From Folioceros fuciformis (lineage: Eukaryota), in assembly GCA_049999805.1 (NCBI GenBank), contig JBNGIO010005882.1:1-61156 (forward strand): a DNA stretch of 61,156 nt. The letters run 5' to 3'. Below, one piece after another: positions 1-12,799 of this stretch (within the stretch, counting starts at the first letter, position 1; every line of letters begins with the position of its first letter). Made by a program: the position numbers and the translations under genes. Below the pieces are notes generated by a model, which saw nothing but the letters and a program-made list of their open reading frames with translations, was not told the DNA's origin and did no database searches.

Positions 1-857
1 AAAATAGCTAGGAACTCCTCCACTGGGTTCAGGTACTTGCAAGTGTGTAGAAACTCTTGCACACCAGCTGTGGCAGTAGCCCGCTCTGCTAGTGTCAAAT
101 TCACCACCGTTGGAGGTGGTGTGGTGGCGGAGATGGTCTTGGCTACAATCTCAGCCTGATGGTCATTAATGGCTGCTGCCAGTTTGGCATTATATGCCAA
201 CTGTAGAGCCGAATGATGGGCTGGGTTAGGAGTGGCAATTGTGCCCGATAGCTCAGCCTGGTGAGCCTCGTACAAATCCAATGCCTCATCTCCTAAGTAG
301 CTGGACAACTGTTCAAACATGTACTGGTGGTTGTAGGCAGCACCATGTTTGAACTTCACCCTGCTCATGACTGCATTGATGAACAAGCGGAAGTCCCTTA
401 AGGATTGGGTGCTTGGTCTGCCTGAGAATTTCTCAGGCCTAAACCCTGATGAACCACCCTCCATGGTGTCTGACCCTTCAGACAAGTCACCCAGGCCTTG
501 CCCTACACCAAGGACAGACCCAGCAAACCCTGGATGTGTCTGCTGTGACCTCACAAATGATTGCTGTGAATAGAGAGACCCTTGTTGTTCAGGTTCCTCG
601 TCACAAACTAGCTGACCCCCTAAATTTGAGCTAGTTAGCACAACAATCTTGCCCAAGTCTAAGAGGGGTGACCAGCTGGGTTGCCCAACGGATGTTGCTG
701 GTTCCAAGTCCTCTCTCAAGTCTTCTTCACTTGCAAGTTGGCGTCGTCGAGCTGCCCATCTTCTCCTCCGTTGTGCACGCTCCGGTGATACCCTGATAGG
801 AATGTCTCGACTCCTCAATCGATAACGTAGGCTGGCCTCTTGCTGATCTGGTTGCAT
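1..857 (-). mobile_element. Ty3/Gypsy-like gag ORF, 5' part, running off the left edge of the window
   Basis: Manual translation from ATG 857 is stop-free to the window edge: MQPDQQEASLRYRLRSR...GFRPEKFSGRPSTQSLRDFRLF...LSSYLGDEALDLY. It has a basic N-terminus and a PEKFSG capsid-type motif. It is absent from the ORF track because there is no stop in the window. Confidence 0.65.
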
Positions 858-871
858 ACCCCATGCACCCC

Positions 872-2675
872 TGTTACACCTACAGCTGGTGCTTGGCAAA
901 AACAGTGAGGTGCTGTGCTGCAATTGACAACACCGGGCCTAGGGAAGTGACTCTCGCTGGGACACCACACACTGCTTCAGCTGTACCCACAGTACTTTCA
1001 GGCTTCTACTGGCTGTTGCTGGCCTCCAAATCAAACCCCTGTTCTCAAAGGCAAAACGAGCCCCTAAACATGTGGTTCCAACAAACCACGCATGCAAGAA
1101 ATGAGGGTTAGCTCCTCCCAAATAATCTGATGGTGGCCTCCCTTCATGCCGCGTCTGGTCGTAGCTTACAGCTGCCCCCCACAGTCTGAATGAGTGTGAG
1201 CAAAGCTCAGCTACTCCCTATCCAGATAATCCTAGTTTGGGAAAATCCTACCCCTGGAAAATCTCAATTCCCTAGGCTTGCTGGGCAGGTGTAACTGTGA
1301 TCAGAAAGCAAAGAAACACAACTTTCTTGGAGTACTGAGGGAACAAGAAATCTACCCCTCCCCAAAGCATCCATGATCAGCCATGTCCCTCTTCCTGCAA
1401 TGATCTGATCCGCAGTGAAAATCTAAGATCAGTCCCTGGAATCAGCTTAAGAGTGAGCACAAAGCATACCAAAATGTTCGCCTCTACAAGACAAATCTGT
1501 TGGTATGTAGATCAAAGGGAGCCAAGCAGAATTGCGGCCGTTATGTCCTCCTCTTGCAGTGATCTGATCCACACTGAAAATCTAAGATCAGTCTCTGGAA
1601 TCAGCTCAAAAGTAAGCGCAAAACATACCAAAATGTTCGCCTCTTCACGACAAATCTGTTGGTATGTAGATCTAAGGCAGACAAGCGGAATTGCGGCCGT
1701 TATGTCCTCCTGAAGTTTGACTTCCACACCCTCAAACCCCAAACCCGAGGCTTAAGTGCGTCAAATGCTGAGCGACTTGCTGGGGCTGCCTCGATGTGGT
1801 CTCTTGGCGGTGCCTTAGCTGCCAGCTCTCCTAAGCCCTGTCTATAGAGCCTTGGATCAACATGTAGCTGCTGCGAGTAGAAAGGTAGTTGCTACAACAC
1901 TGAGCATGCACATTCCAGACTCACGGCTGCTACAAAGGAAGAGAGGGATTCTCCAAGGCTGCTGCCTGAATGCACATGTCTGGCCGCGCCCCTAGAGTCC
2001 CTACAAACCCTAAATCCCTAGCAATGCAAAGGGAAAATGACAGACTTCACACAAACGGGTCTGGATGGTGCTCCACAAATGCTGCCTTGCTGTAGCTGCT
2101 TGGCTGCGCTCTAAGAGCTCCTCGCCCGTGCCCTCATTGCCTGACAAAGGTAGTTGTCGAAGTAAGATGTTAGGCTGCTCACATGCGCCATAGCTCACTC
2201 CGTGTTGTAAAGCTGCAAAAAGGGACTGCCCTCGTCGGGCTGCCCAGAGTTGGTAAGTCACTAGCGGGATGCCACCATCTCCCTTACACCCTCAATCTGC
2301 ATAGCTCTTCCTTTCATAGACGGCTAGTGAACAGCAAAAAAAGGTTTAGGTCGTCCGGTGGTTCCTCTCATGAGCGACTTCGACAACTACCTTTTTCCTC
2401 GCTGTGTTTTGTTTTTATGTGTGGTGCCCCTCCAAGCAGTTTTCCATGGGCTGTATGAGCCCACGTGCTTCTAGTGGGCAAGTAGCCATGGCTAGTATTT
2501 TAGCCATTTACCTAATTTAGGTTGAGTTAGTTTAATCACCTATTATCTAATCAACTTAATTCCACTAAACTATGACGTTCACCATGATGCTCTACTATAA
2601 GTCCATTTTTGCCACAATTTCACGACAACGATATACACGAAGATCAGGAACAACCCACAGAGTTGCAGTGCGACA
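872..2675 (-). repeat. Putative 5' LTR (~1.8 kb) of the Gypsy-like element
   Basis: On the - strand it starts TGTCGCAC (2675) and ends GTGTAACA (872), a 6/8 terminal inverted match. It is non-coding, lies directly upstream of gag, and its outer end abuts a Copia integrase fragment. The partner LTR is outside the window. Confidence 0.5.
1383..1710. repeat. Tandem direct duplication, unit ~159-160 bp, 2 copies
   Basis: ATGTCC...GATCTGATCC...AAATCTGTTGGTATGTAGATC...AATTGCGGCCGTT is repeated, with unit starts at 1383 and 1543 and a third start at 1702. Confidence 0.9.
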
Positions 2676-3065
2676 ATCAGTCAACCATCGCCATGAGTGT
2701 TTAAGTGAAATAGGTTTGAAATAACTTAGCGAAATAGGTTTCACATAACGACAACTGAAAGTTCAAAGATGGAGGATAATGGGTTTTCGAACTCAAAACA
2801 TTTCATAAGGAGTCTTACCAAGGAACGAAAGTGTAAGTAGACGATTCAGAATGCATGTGGCTGTAACTACAGCTTCTACCCAATACGGAGAAGGTAAGCC
2901 AGAACATAGTATGAACGAAGTAGCTTAAGCAAACGCCCTGTTTACCGTTGTATTAATAAGAGCTAGTCCTTGAACAAAGAAAATGTGTCACTCTTGCGAT
3001 GCATCACAAATGTCCAAGTATATCTGCTTAGGATAAACCTGTTCCATTCCGTTAGGGTTTATGTC
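2676..3065 (-). mobile_element. Ty1/Copia integrase fragment (distal part of host element Copia-C)
   Basis: The - strand translates to SGLPSPYWVEAVVTATCILNRL, the typical Copia post-core integrase motif. It has the same orientation as the gag/PBS/LTR at 13920-15443. Confidence 0.7.
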
Positions 3066-3190
3066 TTATAAACGTATCAGCAGGTAGAGTTAGGGTTATT
3101 AATGTAGGTTAGTTGAAGAGACATGACTTTTGGTATATGTGGTATATACATGACACTTTCTGGAATATATTATTAGTGTGTAACTTTACA
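3066..3190 (+). repeat. Copia-A 5' LTR (~125 bp)
   Basis: Near-identical to 9046-9068 plus 13819-13919. It ends ACTTTACA immediately before the PBS. Confidence 0.85.
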
Positions 3191-4123
3191 TGGTATCAAA
3201 GCATCCTCGTTCTCCAATCCTATTCTATTTATCTATGTCCCTCTTCTGAAAATATTGCTGGCAATGCTAGTTGTTAGACATACAATTGGGAACAATAATC
3301 AGCCACCACCATCATGACGGCTGCTAAGTTGTGTGCCCAACATAGTCTCACAACCTGTATTACAATGTCAGAATTGGGGAAGACATGAGATACAATTCTG
3401 CTGCGCCATCTTTTGTAAACAAAAACTTCAATGTTTTTACTTATCTCACTGTTATGGTGCGTTGGGGCGGGAGGCACGTTGATGATTGAGTGATTAACAT
3501 TAATCAGTACCGTCATTGGAATTGCCGCAATAGGCTGCCCCCATACCCACCGAACATGAGAGTTGAGTTCTTGCTACTACGGCCTAGCTCTTCGTCTCTA
3601 TGTTGCTACAACGTCATTGAAGGAAATTGGAATAGACAAGCAAGATTTTCACTAGATTCGTGCGTTAGAGACTCTCCAGGAGTCTTCTCAGCCCTTGCAT
3701 TAACGCTCTCAATGAGAAAGCCTTATGGTCGAGAATCTACAACAAGAGGAAAGTAGTGATTCTCCTTGTGCTTCCTCTTGTGCAGAATCTCACTGTTGAA
3801 TCAACAAATCAAAGGTGTCACAACACAAAAACAGTGATTGATGCTGCCATGTACCTTTCATAGGTCCCCACTCGGGAGTGGAGGAATCCTCCTTCCCTGT
3901 GATTTTGCGGGGAGAATCCAAACGTCGCGTGGCAGCGGGAATAGTCGTACTAACGACGTTACCTATGCGCCACATCACTTGTGAAGAAGGTGTGGCTTCC
4001 CAGAAGGCGCATGCTACGAACCAACGTGTTGGTACTGATGCTCACCTGCCTGATTTGACTGCCTACTTCCATGGCATCTCGATCCCCTGTTAAATTAGCG
4101 ACTTCACCAAGTTACGCTCATGC

Positions 4124-7100
4124 TTGGTTACCCACTGCCCTACACAGAGGATCACGATGTCGGGAACCATCTCAGGCTCCGTCTCCGGCACAGCATCCTC
4201 CACTGGAACCGCTATAGCCGCAGGAACAACATCAACCTCTGGTTCTGGCCCGGGCGCCGGCACAGAGTGCGCTTCTGGCACCGGTGTAGGTCCTCCACCA
4301 CAAAGCACTCTAGTTTACTCATATACTATAGAATTCAAAGAGCGAGACCGCTTCAACGGTACTCATTTTGAAGTCTGGCAAGTGCGAATGACTTCTACAC
4401 TCGAAGCTCGTCACGTACGGGGGGTTGTTGGTGGGGTGGTGCCCAAACCACCTTCATTAGCCACACAGGACGAGAAGGACAAGTGGCAGCATCTCAATAA
4501 TGTCGCTCGTGCCTACTTGATTAGTGGCTTGGATGTTGTCCTCCTACCCAATACTACTTATCTAAACAAGGTCGAGGACATATGGAATCAGCTCACTTAG
4601 ACATATGCTGTGAAAAACATTCTCACCATATGTGTTGTTCGTGGAGAGCTCTTCTCTTTAAGGCTGAAGTTGCTCCCTTCATCCTCAAATGTCGCAATCT
4701 GCAATCGCAACTTATCAGCTTGGGGCCTGCCTTCTCCAAATTGGACTTTGTTGCCCAATTGCTCACAAGCCTTCCTCCAAGTTACCAAACTTTTGTCTTT
4801 GGCTACGGTGCTTCCATATGCGCAGCTAACAAGGTAGTAGCCGCAGGGAAGGTTGTTCGTATCAGCTTCATAGATGTAGTTGGAGCTCTCCTGTAGGAAG
4901 AGCAAAGATGGGTAATCTTAGGTCACCATGGAGGCATAACCAAAACAGATAGAGTACTCTTCATCAAAGGAAGAAACTCGGATAAAAACAAATCACACAA
5001 AGGCAGGCCCTTCCAAACCTGTTCCAAGTAAATGGGCTGGCACATGCCATTGGTGTGGCGCCCAAGGCCATTGCGAGAGAGAATGTAGGAAGAAAAAGTC
5101 TAGCGAACCCTGCAGAACTGAGAAGCCTTCAAGGCAGGCTGAAGCTCACGTGGTTGCCAAAGATCAACAAGCTTCGTCAAACAAACCACCTGTGGTGATG
5201 ACAATGTGTTTTGCGTCTTCTACTGTTTCTTCTCCTAACAATTGGTACTTAGATTCTGGTGCAACGGCTCATATATGTAATGACAAGTCACTCCTTAATC
5301 ACTTCGGTCCTTTCATCCTACTGACAAAGTGCTGCTAGGAGATGAACTTACTCGAACATGTCTTCGCATTGAAGGTGTTGGATCATGTCATTTCAGGCTC
5401 CATGATGGATCTGTCCTCCACTTGGATAACGTCCTTTACGTACCTCACATGGCCAAGCACCTCATTTCCGTCAGTCAGCTTATGTCCTTAAGGCAGTACG
5501 ATCTGATGTTCTCTTCTTTTGGCTGTTTGCTCAAAAAGAAAGGAAACTCAGATCAGATCATAGCAAAAGGGCATTTAGGGCATGACCTTTATCAAATGGA
5601 TTTTAGATGCATACATGAAGAGACTGTTCACGTTGTATAGTTGTCACAAGCTACAAGCCAATCTATGGCATGCTCGACTAGGCCACGCTAATCGTGGTAA
5701 GCTAGTCAAGATGTCTGACATGACATGTTTCTGAGAACCCTTGCGTAGATGCTTCAAAGATTTGCCACTTTATGATGCCTGTATCATTGCCAAACAAAAG
5801 GAGATTCCTTTTCCAAGGCAGTTAACTGCTCACAGGGCCTCCCAGATTATGGATTTAGTTCATGCGGACATCTCTGGCAAGATACACATCTCTTCACTGG
5901 GTGGTGCTCAATACTATCTAACCCTGACAGATGATTACAGTAGATATTCTTGGGCTTACCCACTTCATTTGAAGTTAGACACTTTTGGCGTGTTCTAGGA
6001 ATGGCTTCAAATTGTGCAAAGGTAGACAGGCTGCCTATTGAAGTGTCTTTGAACAGATAATGGTACATAGTTTGTCCACTCTCATTTCAACTAGTTTTTA
6101 CTAGATAGGGGAATTATCAAGCAGTTGATTGTTCCATTAACTTAGCAGCAAAATGGAGTTGCTGAGCGTTGCAATCAAACCCTATTGGGAATGACACGCA
6201 GTATGTAGAATGGTCTAGGCTCAACAAATCTTATTAAGCTGAAGTAGTGGTAATTGTGAATTACATCCTCAACAGGATCATCATGAGCGCAGTTGTAGAC
6301 CAAACTCCTTTTGAAGTGATCTAGCAAAGGAAGCCCAATCTTCTTCATTTGCGAGTGTTTGGTTCTCCAACTTACGTAAGCCTATATTCTTGCAGAAAAG
6401 AGGAGGAAATCAGAAGATCGAGCTACACCCTTGCTTTTTGTCGGCTATGGCAAAGAGGCTAAAGTTGTATGATCCTCAAAGCAAATATGTCGTTTTTGCA
6501 CGCAGTGTAACCTTTAAGGAGCTCCTATCCCCTGCTAAGCCCTATTTCAACCTTCTACCTTCAAGCCAAGAGCCTATAGTGACTCATGTAGAGATTTATG
6601 CCCTTGACGAGCTGACTTTGTTTCCCCATGATGACTTGCCTGTAATCACTCAGTTCTTAGCTCCAGCTATAGCTACACTTCTTGCAGTCACAGCTTCAGC
6701 TAACAAAGGTCATGTCCCAGTTTGTCAAGCTCTTGTTTTGGTCAATCCAGCACCTGTAGCAGCCCCTCTGCCACCTGATGATCCTCCAGGCAACCTCCTT
6801 GCACCAGAAAACCCTGAAGGCGGTGGTGCAAGTCAACAAGTTCCCATTTATGATCTTGGTGATTTAGGGTTTGCGGACGACATGTCTGAACTCTTAGCTA
6901 GATCAGATCTAGGTGACTTTGTTGCTCCCTTGCTAGATGATCTTGAAGAGGGTCCTGTTGCAAAACCAGCTCCTGAGTCTGCACCAATAAAAGAACGTCG
7001 TTACCCCACTCGTCAACAGCTTCCTCCGACACAATGGAAAGAACCTTGTTATACCTTAGTAGATTTTCGGAGGCCACGAGTTGGAATCTTGAGTTTTCCT

Positions 7101-8670
7101 CAGGCTCATGTTACATCCGCTCCTTCCGAAATCAAGCTGAACCTCGAACTTATCCTGAAGCCATTACAGGAGTTGACATCAGTGAATTCCCTCCATCAAA
7201 GAGGAGTATGATTCCCTTATTAAAAATAACACTTAGGAACTATGTCCTCTGCCAGGAGGATGCAAGACTGTTAGTTGCAAATGGGTTTTCAAACACAAAC
7301 TCAATGCCAGTTGTGAGATAGCCAGATACAAATCTCGTCTTGTGGCCCGCGGTTTTTCTCAAGTTCCTGGTGTTGACTTCATAGAAACCTTTAGTCCTAT
7401 GGTTAAGACTCAATCCATCCGTATGATCCTGACCCTGGCCCGCAGCAAATGCCTGAGATATACAGCAGATGGATGTCTGCACAACATTTTTCTATGAGGA
7501 ATTAGAGGAAGATATTTATATGGAGCAACCTGCTCAAGAAAATCATATATGGCCTCAAACAATCTGCATGAGAGTGGTATAAGACCATTGATGCTTACTT
7601 GAAATCCATAAGCTTTATACAGAATCATGGTGATGCTAACGTGTATGTCTACTTCAAGGATGGGCATATGGTCATACTTGCCTTGTATGTAGACGATGCC
7701 ATTCTCGCATATGATGATCCAGGGTTGTTAGCTTGGGTTAAAGACATGCTCAGGCAAAAGTTTGAAATGAAGGACATTGGGGCACTTACCCTATGTGCTT
7801 GGTGTTAAGCTTGTTCAAGATCCTTCTGATCACTCTCTTATGCTACAACAAGACAAGTATATTGCTGAAACTCTTTACCGTTTCAATCTTTTTGATGCTC
7901 GGCACGTGTCCACTCCTGGTGTTCCAAGAGCTAAGCTTTCTCTTGAGCAGTGCCCACATACAAATGCTGAGCGGGAGGTTATGTCTCTCATTCCTTATAG
8001 ACATGCCGTGGGCTGTCTTAATTACCTTAGTTGCTGGACTCGTCCTGATATTTAGTTTGCTATTAGCTCTGTTTCCCAGTTCCTGAACAATCTTGGCCAA
8101 GCACACTGGGGGGCAGTTAAACGCATGCTTTGCTACTTATGGGGTACCATGAATCACGGCATTTGCTTCCAGGGGTGAGTTGACGAGAAACTTACTTTGA
8201 GTGGCTATGCCGACGCAGATTGGGCCACTGACCCTGACTCTCGTCGAAGCATTTCTGCCTATTGTTTCATGTTGTCTGGTGCTGCTATCCATTGGACTTC
8301 CAAGAAGCAGGTCTTGGTCGCATTGTCTTCCACAAAAGCATAGTACAAAGCCTTGACCAAGGCAGCTTAGGAGGCAGTTTGGGAGTGATGCTTTATGGAA
8401 GGTCTTGGGTTTGCCCAATCACAGCCAACTCCTATACAATGTGATAACATGCCACCATCGCTATTACTGCTATCCCCTGCTTCCATGCTCTCACAAAGCA
8501 TATACAAGTGTAGCATCACTTTATTAGGCATTCTGTAGGTCAACAGCAAGTTAGGATTCAGTATGTTTCCACTAATTTGAACACCGCTAACCACAGACAA
8601 AGAATCTATGTGCTAACAAGCATCATCTGCACAAGGAGGCTATGGGCATCAAAGCCTACTCGGATACAAC
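4124..8670 (+). pseudogene. Copia-A gag-pol polyprotein, disrupted
   Basis: Motifs seen: gag FNGTHFEVWQVRM; zinc knuckle CHWCGAQGHCEREC; protease WYLDSGATAH; GAG-pre-integrase WHARLGH; integrase LVHADISG; RT LALYVDD; RNase H GYADADWA. Many stops and frameshifts. Confidence 0.9.
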
Positions 8671-9068
8671 TTAGCTGGTCCATTTCAGCTATAGAGCATG
8701 CTGGATGAATCTCACCTTCCACTAAGTCGCATGCTCTAGCAATTCTCTACAAGTGGTCGACTACTCATCTGGAGGCAACAGACTGGTGGCAGCATGCTTG
8801 AAGTGGTCCATCAGCGTTTCCTCCTCACCCTGTGTTGGTTCTCCATCTCCTTCCCTTGTGGCAAACAAGATCTAGAGCCGACACTCCCAGCTCGCAACTT
8901 GCCATCTCTGCTTTGTTGCGAATTCTCTCCACTCGTCGTGGCGCAGCTGGAGTGCTCTTCTCCTTGTCCGTCTTTTGCTTCTTCATCTATCCTCCTCTCG
9001 CAGACACTGATATAGAAGGAATACTGCGATGGCGAATGTGAAGAGTGATAAACATATCAACAGGTAGA

Positions 9069-9259
9069 TGTTAGAGGGTATATAAGTAACCTATGGTTAA
9101 CCTAACTCGGTTAATGAACCGATAGGGTTAGCAAAACTTAGACTATAAAAACAACATTGTGCTACTATTTATATATACATTATTTCTATATATGCTCTCT
9201 TGCATTTTTGGTTTGTAGACATACCTTTTTGTATGTCTTCACACATATAGAAAGTATTA
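9069..9259 (+). repeat. Copia-B 5' LTR
   Basis: TGTTAGAGG...AAAGTATTA, matches 13623-13813. Confidence 0.92.
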
Positions 9260-9489
9260 TGGTATCAAAGCACCGATTGCTCTGAGACTTCCGCTGCACA
9301 ATATCTAGACACTAAATGTGATGTTCAGTTAGTGAATTAGAGGTGTCAGCGAACTATGGGAAGGCTGAGATTTGCTGACATCTCCATGCCACCAACCTGC
9401 ACACAACACGTTAGTCTAGCTTGTTTGATCTATCTAACTAATTTACAGATGTTTGATAAATACTATACAGGACAAGCCCTGCACTGAAG

Positions 9490-10092
9490 ATGTCTGGGAG
9501 AGGAAATAGAAGTAGTTCCAAGATTGTTCTTTTCTCTCCAAGGGCTGGTAGGGGATTCTACACACCTAGGCTAAGTGATTCCTTTGATTCTGAATTATGG
9601 ACTCTAGGACGCCCACGCCATGATAGAAGGAGGAGACAATCTGCAGCCTCGCCTCACTCATTTTCCAATCGCGTTGCAGCAAGGCGTCTCGAGTTCAGTA
9701 ATCGGCATAGTCAAAGTTCTCTACAACCAAGGAGAATAAGAAATCAATGGGCAGACGAGTGTGAAGAAAATGAGAGATTTGATAGTCTTTATGACCTACA
9801 TGGACGCTCTTCTTCAGCCAATGTTTCTCAGCAATTTAACAGCCTTGAGACCCTGGTGATTCAGCTATTCTCACAGTTCCAATCAAGACTAGGCCAAATC
9901 TTCGATGCTGTTGAGATACTCCAAACTGAAGTTGCTATGTTGGCGAATCAAGTTGCTCAACGTAAGGTTCTTCAACCATCTGCCTCAATTTCTACATCTC
10001 GACCAGTTGCTGCATTGTACCTTGAATCCCTAGTGCCTGCGCGAGAAGGTTATAGCACAGTGGAATCACACTCTAACGGTTTTCAGATCTGA
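9490..10092 (+). CDS. Extra 200-aa ORF in the 5' leader of Copia-B, unknown function
   Basis: ATG-initiated and uninterrupted, with a basic Ser/Arg-rich N-terminal half and a heptad-like segment (FNSLETLVIQLF...LQTEVAMLANQV). It lies between the PBS and gag. Confidence 0.45.
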   Translation: MSGRGNRSSSKIVLFSPRAGRGFYTPRLSDSFDSELWTLGRPRHDRRRRQSAASPHSFSNRVAARRLEFSNRHSQSSLQPRRIRNQWADECEENERFDSLYDLHGRSSSANVSQQFNSLETLVIQLFSQFQSRLGQIFDAVEILQTEVAMLANQVAQRKVLQPSASISTSRPVAALYLESLVPAREGYSTVESHSNGFQI

Positions 10093-10394
10093 AAGGGTGT
10101 GAGGTAGTTTTTTAGGGATACCTGTGTCTGGACAGATGGCGCATAGTAGGTCTAGTCTGCTTGTTGTGTTGGTTCCATTCCCAGGATCCTTACAGGTGAG
10201 GTGTATTGTCTCCCCTTTGATTTCCCACTAAATAGTCTTGGCATCCTGTGACATGGAAATGAACCAGTATCAGTTTTCAGTTAGGGTTTTCTCGTTTCAA
10301 GTTCATGGGACTTTTCTTAGCCTTTATTTAAAACAACACTTACCCATTTGTGTCTGGTTTAGTGTCGTTTCATTTCATGTGAGCTCTGTTGGGT

Positions 10395-12799
10395 ATGTCT
10401 TGGTTTGATCTAAACAGTGACTCAGAGAGCTCTCCTTTTTCGTGGCTTTACTCTACTCCATCACTTCCTGCGCAATCAACGACACTCAGTACCTCTACTA
10501 TGTTGGCTGGAGTGGTCTCTGAGTCTACGTCCTTAGGATCACTCTACTCTAGAGAATTCAATTAAAAAGATCGATTCGATGGAAAGCCACTTCACTTTGA
10601 GAGTTGGAAAGCCCGTATGAAGGCGAACTTGGACGCTAGAGACGTTTGGGAATATGTGGATGGCTCCATTCCCAATCCGTTCTTGGTCCCTACCATAGCA
10701 ACAGTACAGCCGCCAGCATATGAAAAAGCAAAATGGAAGAAGGGCAGCAAAATCGCCTTTGCAATTTTGCTATCTGGCTTGGGCAAAACAACTGTTACTG
10801 AAGTTGATTTCCTTGACTCAGCTGAAGCAGTTTGGAATCAACTTACAGAGACTTACCAGGTTCAGAATATCCGCACCTTGATTAATGTCAGGAATGACTT
10901 TCACAGTCTCAGGTTGAAGGAGGGGGAACCAATTGGAGCACATATCACTAAGTTGAGGCACCTGCGAGCACAACTTGCTACGTTGGGTACCAAGATAACG
11001 GATGTGGAGATGACTACTCAACTACTATCCAGCCTTCCTTCTTCCTTCCAGACATTCATCTCAAGTTAGAATGCCACTCTGCATGATGCATATAAGGCTG
11101 CAGCGAGTGGACAACCTTCAACCCTGAATCTGAATGAAATCATTGGGGCCCTCCTGCAAGAGGAGCAGAGTCGCCAGCGAGCTCATCCAGGTTTAAGACT
11201 TCATGGTGAGAAAGTCCTATTTGCCGCAAAGGGTAAAGGACTTTGGAAATGGAAGGATAATAAGAACAAAAAAAGACAAAACTTATCTGCTCCTTCTGGT
11301 TCTTCTTCTTCAGCCACTAAGCGTCAAGGTAGTTGCAATTGGTACTAGATTCCTGGGCACTAGGAAAGAGACTGCCGGAAAAAGAAGGCCGGTGAGCCTA
11401 AGAAGGATGCAAGATCCGAGGCTCATGTTTCTACTAAGGAACATAAATTATTACCTGCTCGACAACAATCTACTCGAAGTAGCAGTATAGTTCTTACAGT
11501 TTGCTTGACGTCTACCATTGAGAACTCTCGGAGTTGGTATATTGACTCAGGAGCTACTGCTCATGTTTGCAATAAGCAGCATATGTTCACCACCTTTCAC
11601 GAACAGACAACATCTTTGTCAGTTTTTGTAGGAGATTCTCGTGGTGTAGAGGTAAAAGGAAATGGTGAGGCTAACATACCCTTGCTTGATGGCTCCACAT
11701 TGCATCTTCAGGATGTTCTTTATGTTCTTGAAATGGGTAAGGATTTGCGGTCAATTAGAGCTATTACAGAATACCATAGGTATGGCTTTAGGTTTGAAGA
11801 TTAGACTTGTTACATCTACTCTTTGTTAGATCCAGGAAGTTATCTTGGTAAAGCTATCCTTGTCAATGATCTCTATCAACTAGTACCTATTCAAAAGTCC
11901 AAGAATAAGGCATTACTTACAGCTTCGGATGTCCAGGCCCAAGTGTGGCACGCCAGACTAGGTCATGTGAATAGGTCTAAATTGGATTTGATGTCTAAAT
12001 CGTCTTGTTATCGTGGGAGTCTGCCACCATGTTTTAAACATCTTGCACCTTGTAGTTCTTGTATCCTGTCCAAGCAAAAAAGAACTACCCTTTAAGAATA
12101 AATATGCTACACGAGCAAAGCAAGTACTAGAACTAGTGCATGCAGACATAGCTAGAAAGTTACCTGTCAAAGTAAGTGACAATTGCCTAGTTCATGAAGG
12201 CTCCTGGTAGAGCTCACTGGTCTGCAGTAAAACGGATCTATCGTTATCTTAAAGGCACCATCAACCTTGGCTTACACTACATAGCTAGTGGTAAAAAGGA
12301 GTGTGTACTTACAATTTTGGCAGACGCAGATTGGGCCTCGGATTCTGACTCCAGAAAAAGTCTCTCTGCTTATGTCTGCTTCATCTCTTCTGACACTATC
12401 AACTGGTCCTACAAAAAGCAATCCTCTCTTGCTCTCTCATCTACTGAAGCTGAGTATAAGGCTTAGACAGAGGCGTGTAAGGAGATTGAGTGGGAAAGAC
12501 AGTTTCTAGAATCTATCTTCATGACTCAAAAGACAGCCACTCCTTTGCTATGTGATAACATGTCAGCTATCGCCCTAGTGGCCAATCCCAGGTTCCATGC
12601 TCGAACTAAGCATATCGAGCTTTACCATCACTATATAAGGGATGTGGCCGAGAGAGGAGTTGCTAAAGTGGATTATGTAAACACACACGACAATACTGCA
12701 AACTTGCTGACAAAAGGGCTTGCTAAAATCAAGCACTATAAGCATCTAACTTCTATGGGTCTGCGAGCTTTTATTATGCCTACGCAGAACAATTCTTAG
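10395..12799 (+). pseudogene. Copia-B gag-pol remnant lacking the integrase core and most of RT
   Basis: gag (WKARMKANLDARDVWEYV), protease WYIDSGATAH and WHARLGH are present. ELVHADIA then jumps at ~12180-12195 to the RT C-terminus (HWSAVKRIYRYLKGT) and RNase H (ADADWA, TEAEY, CDNMSAI, RTKHI). The start coordinate is approximate. Confidence 0.88.
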
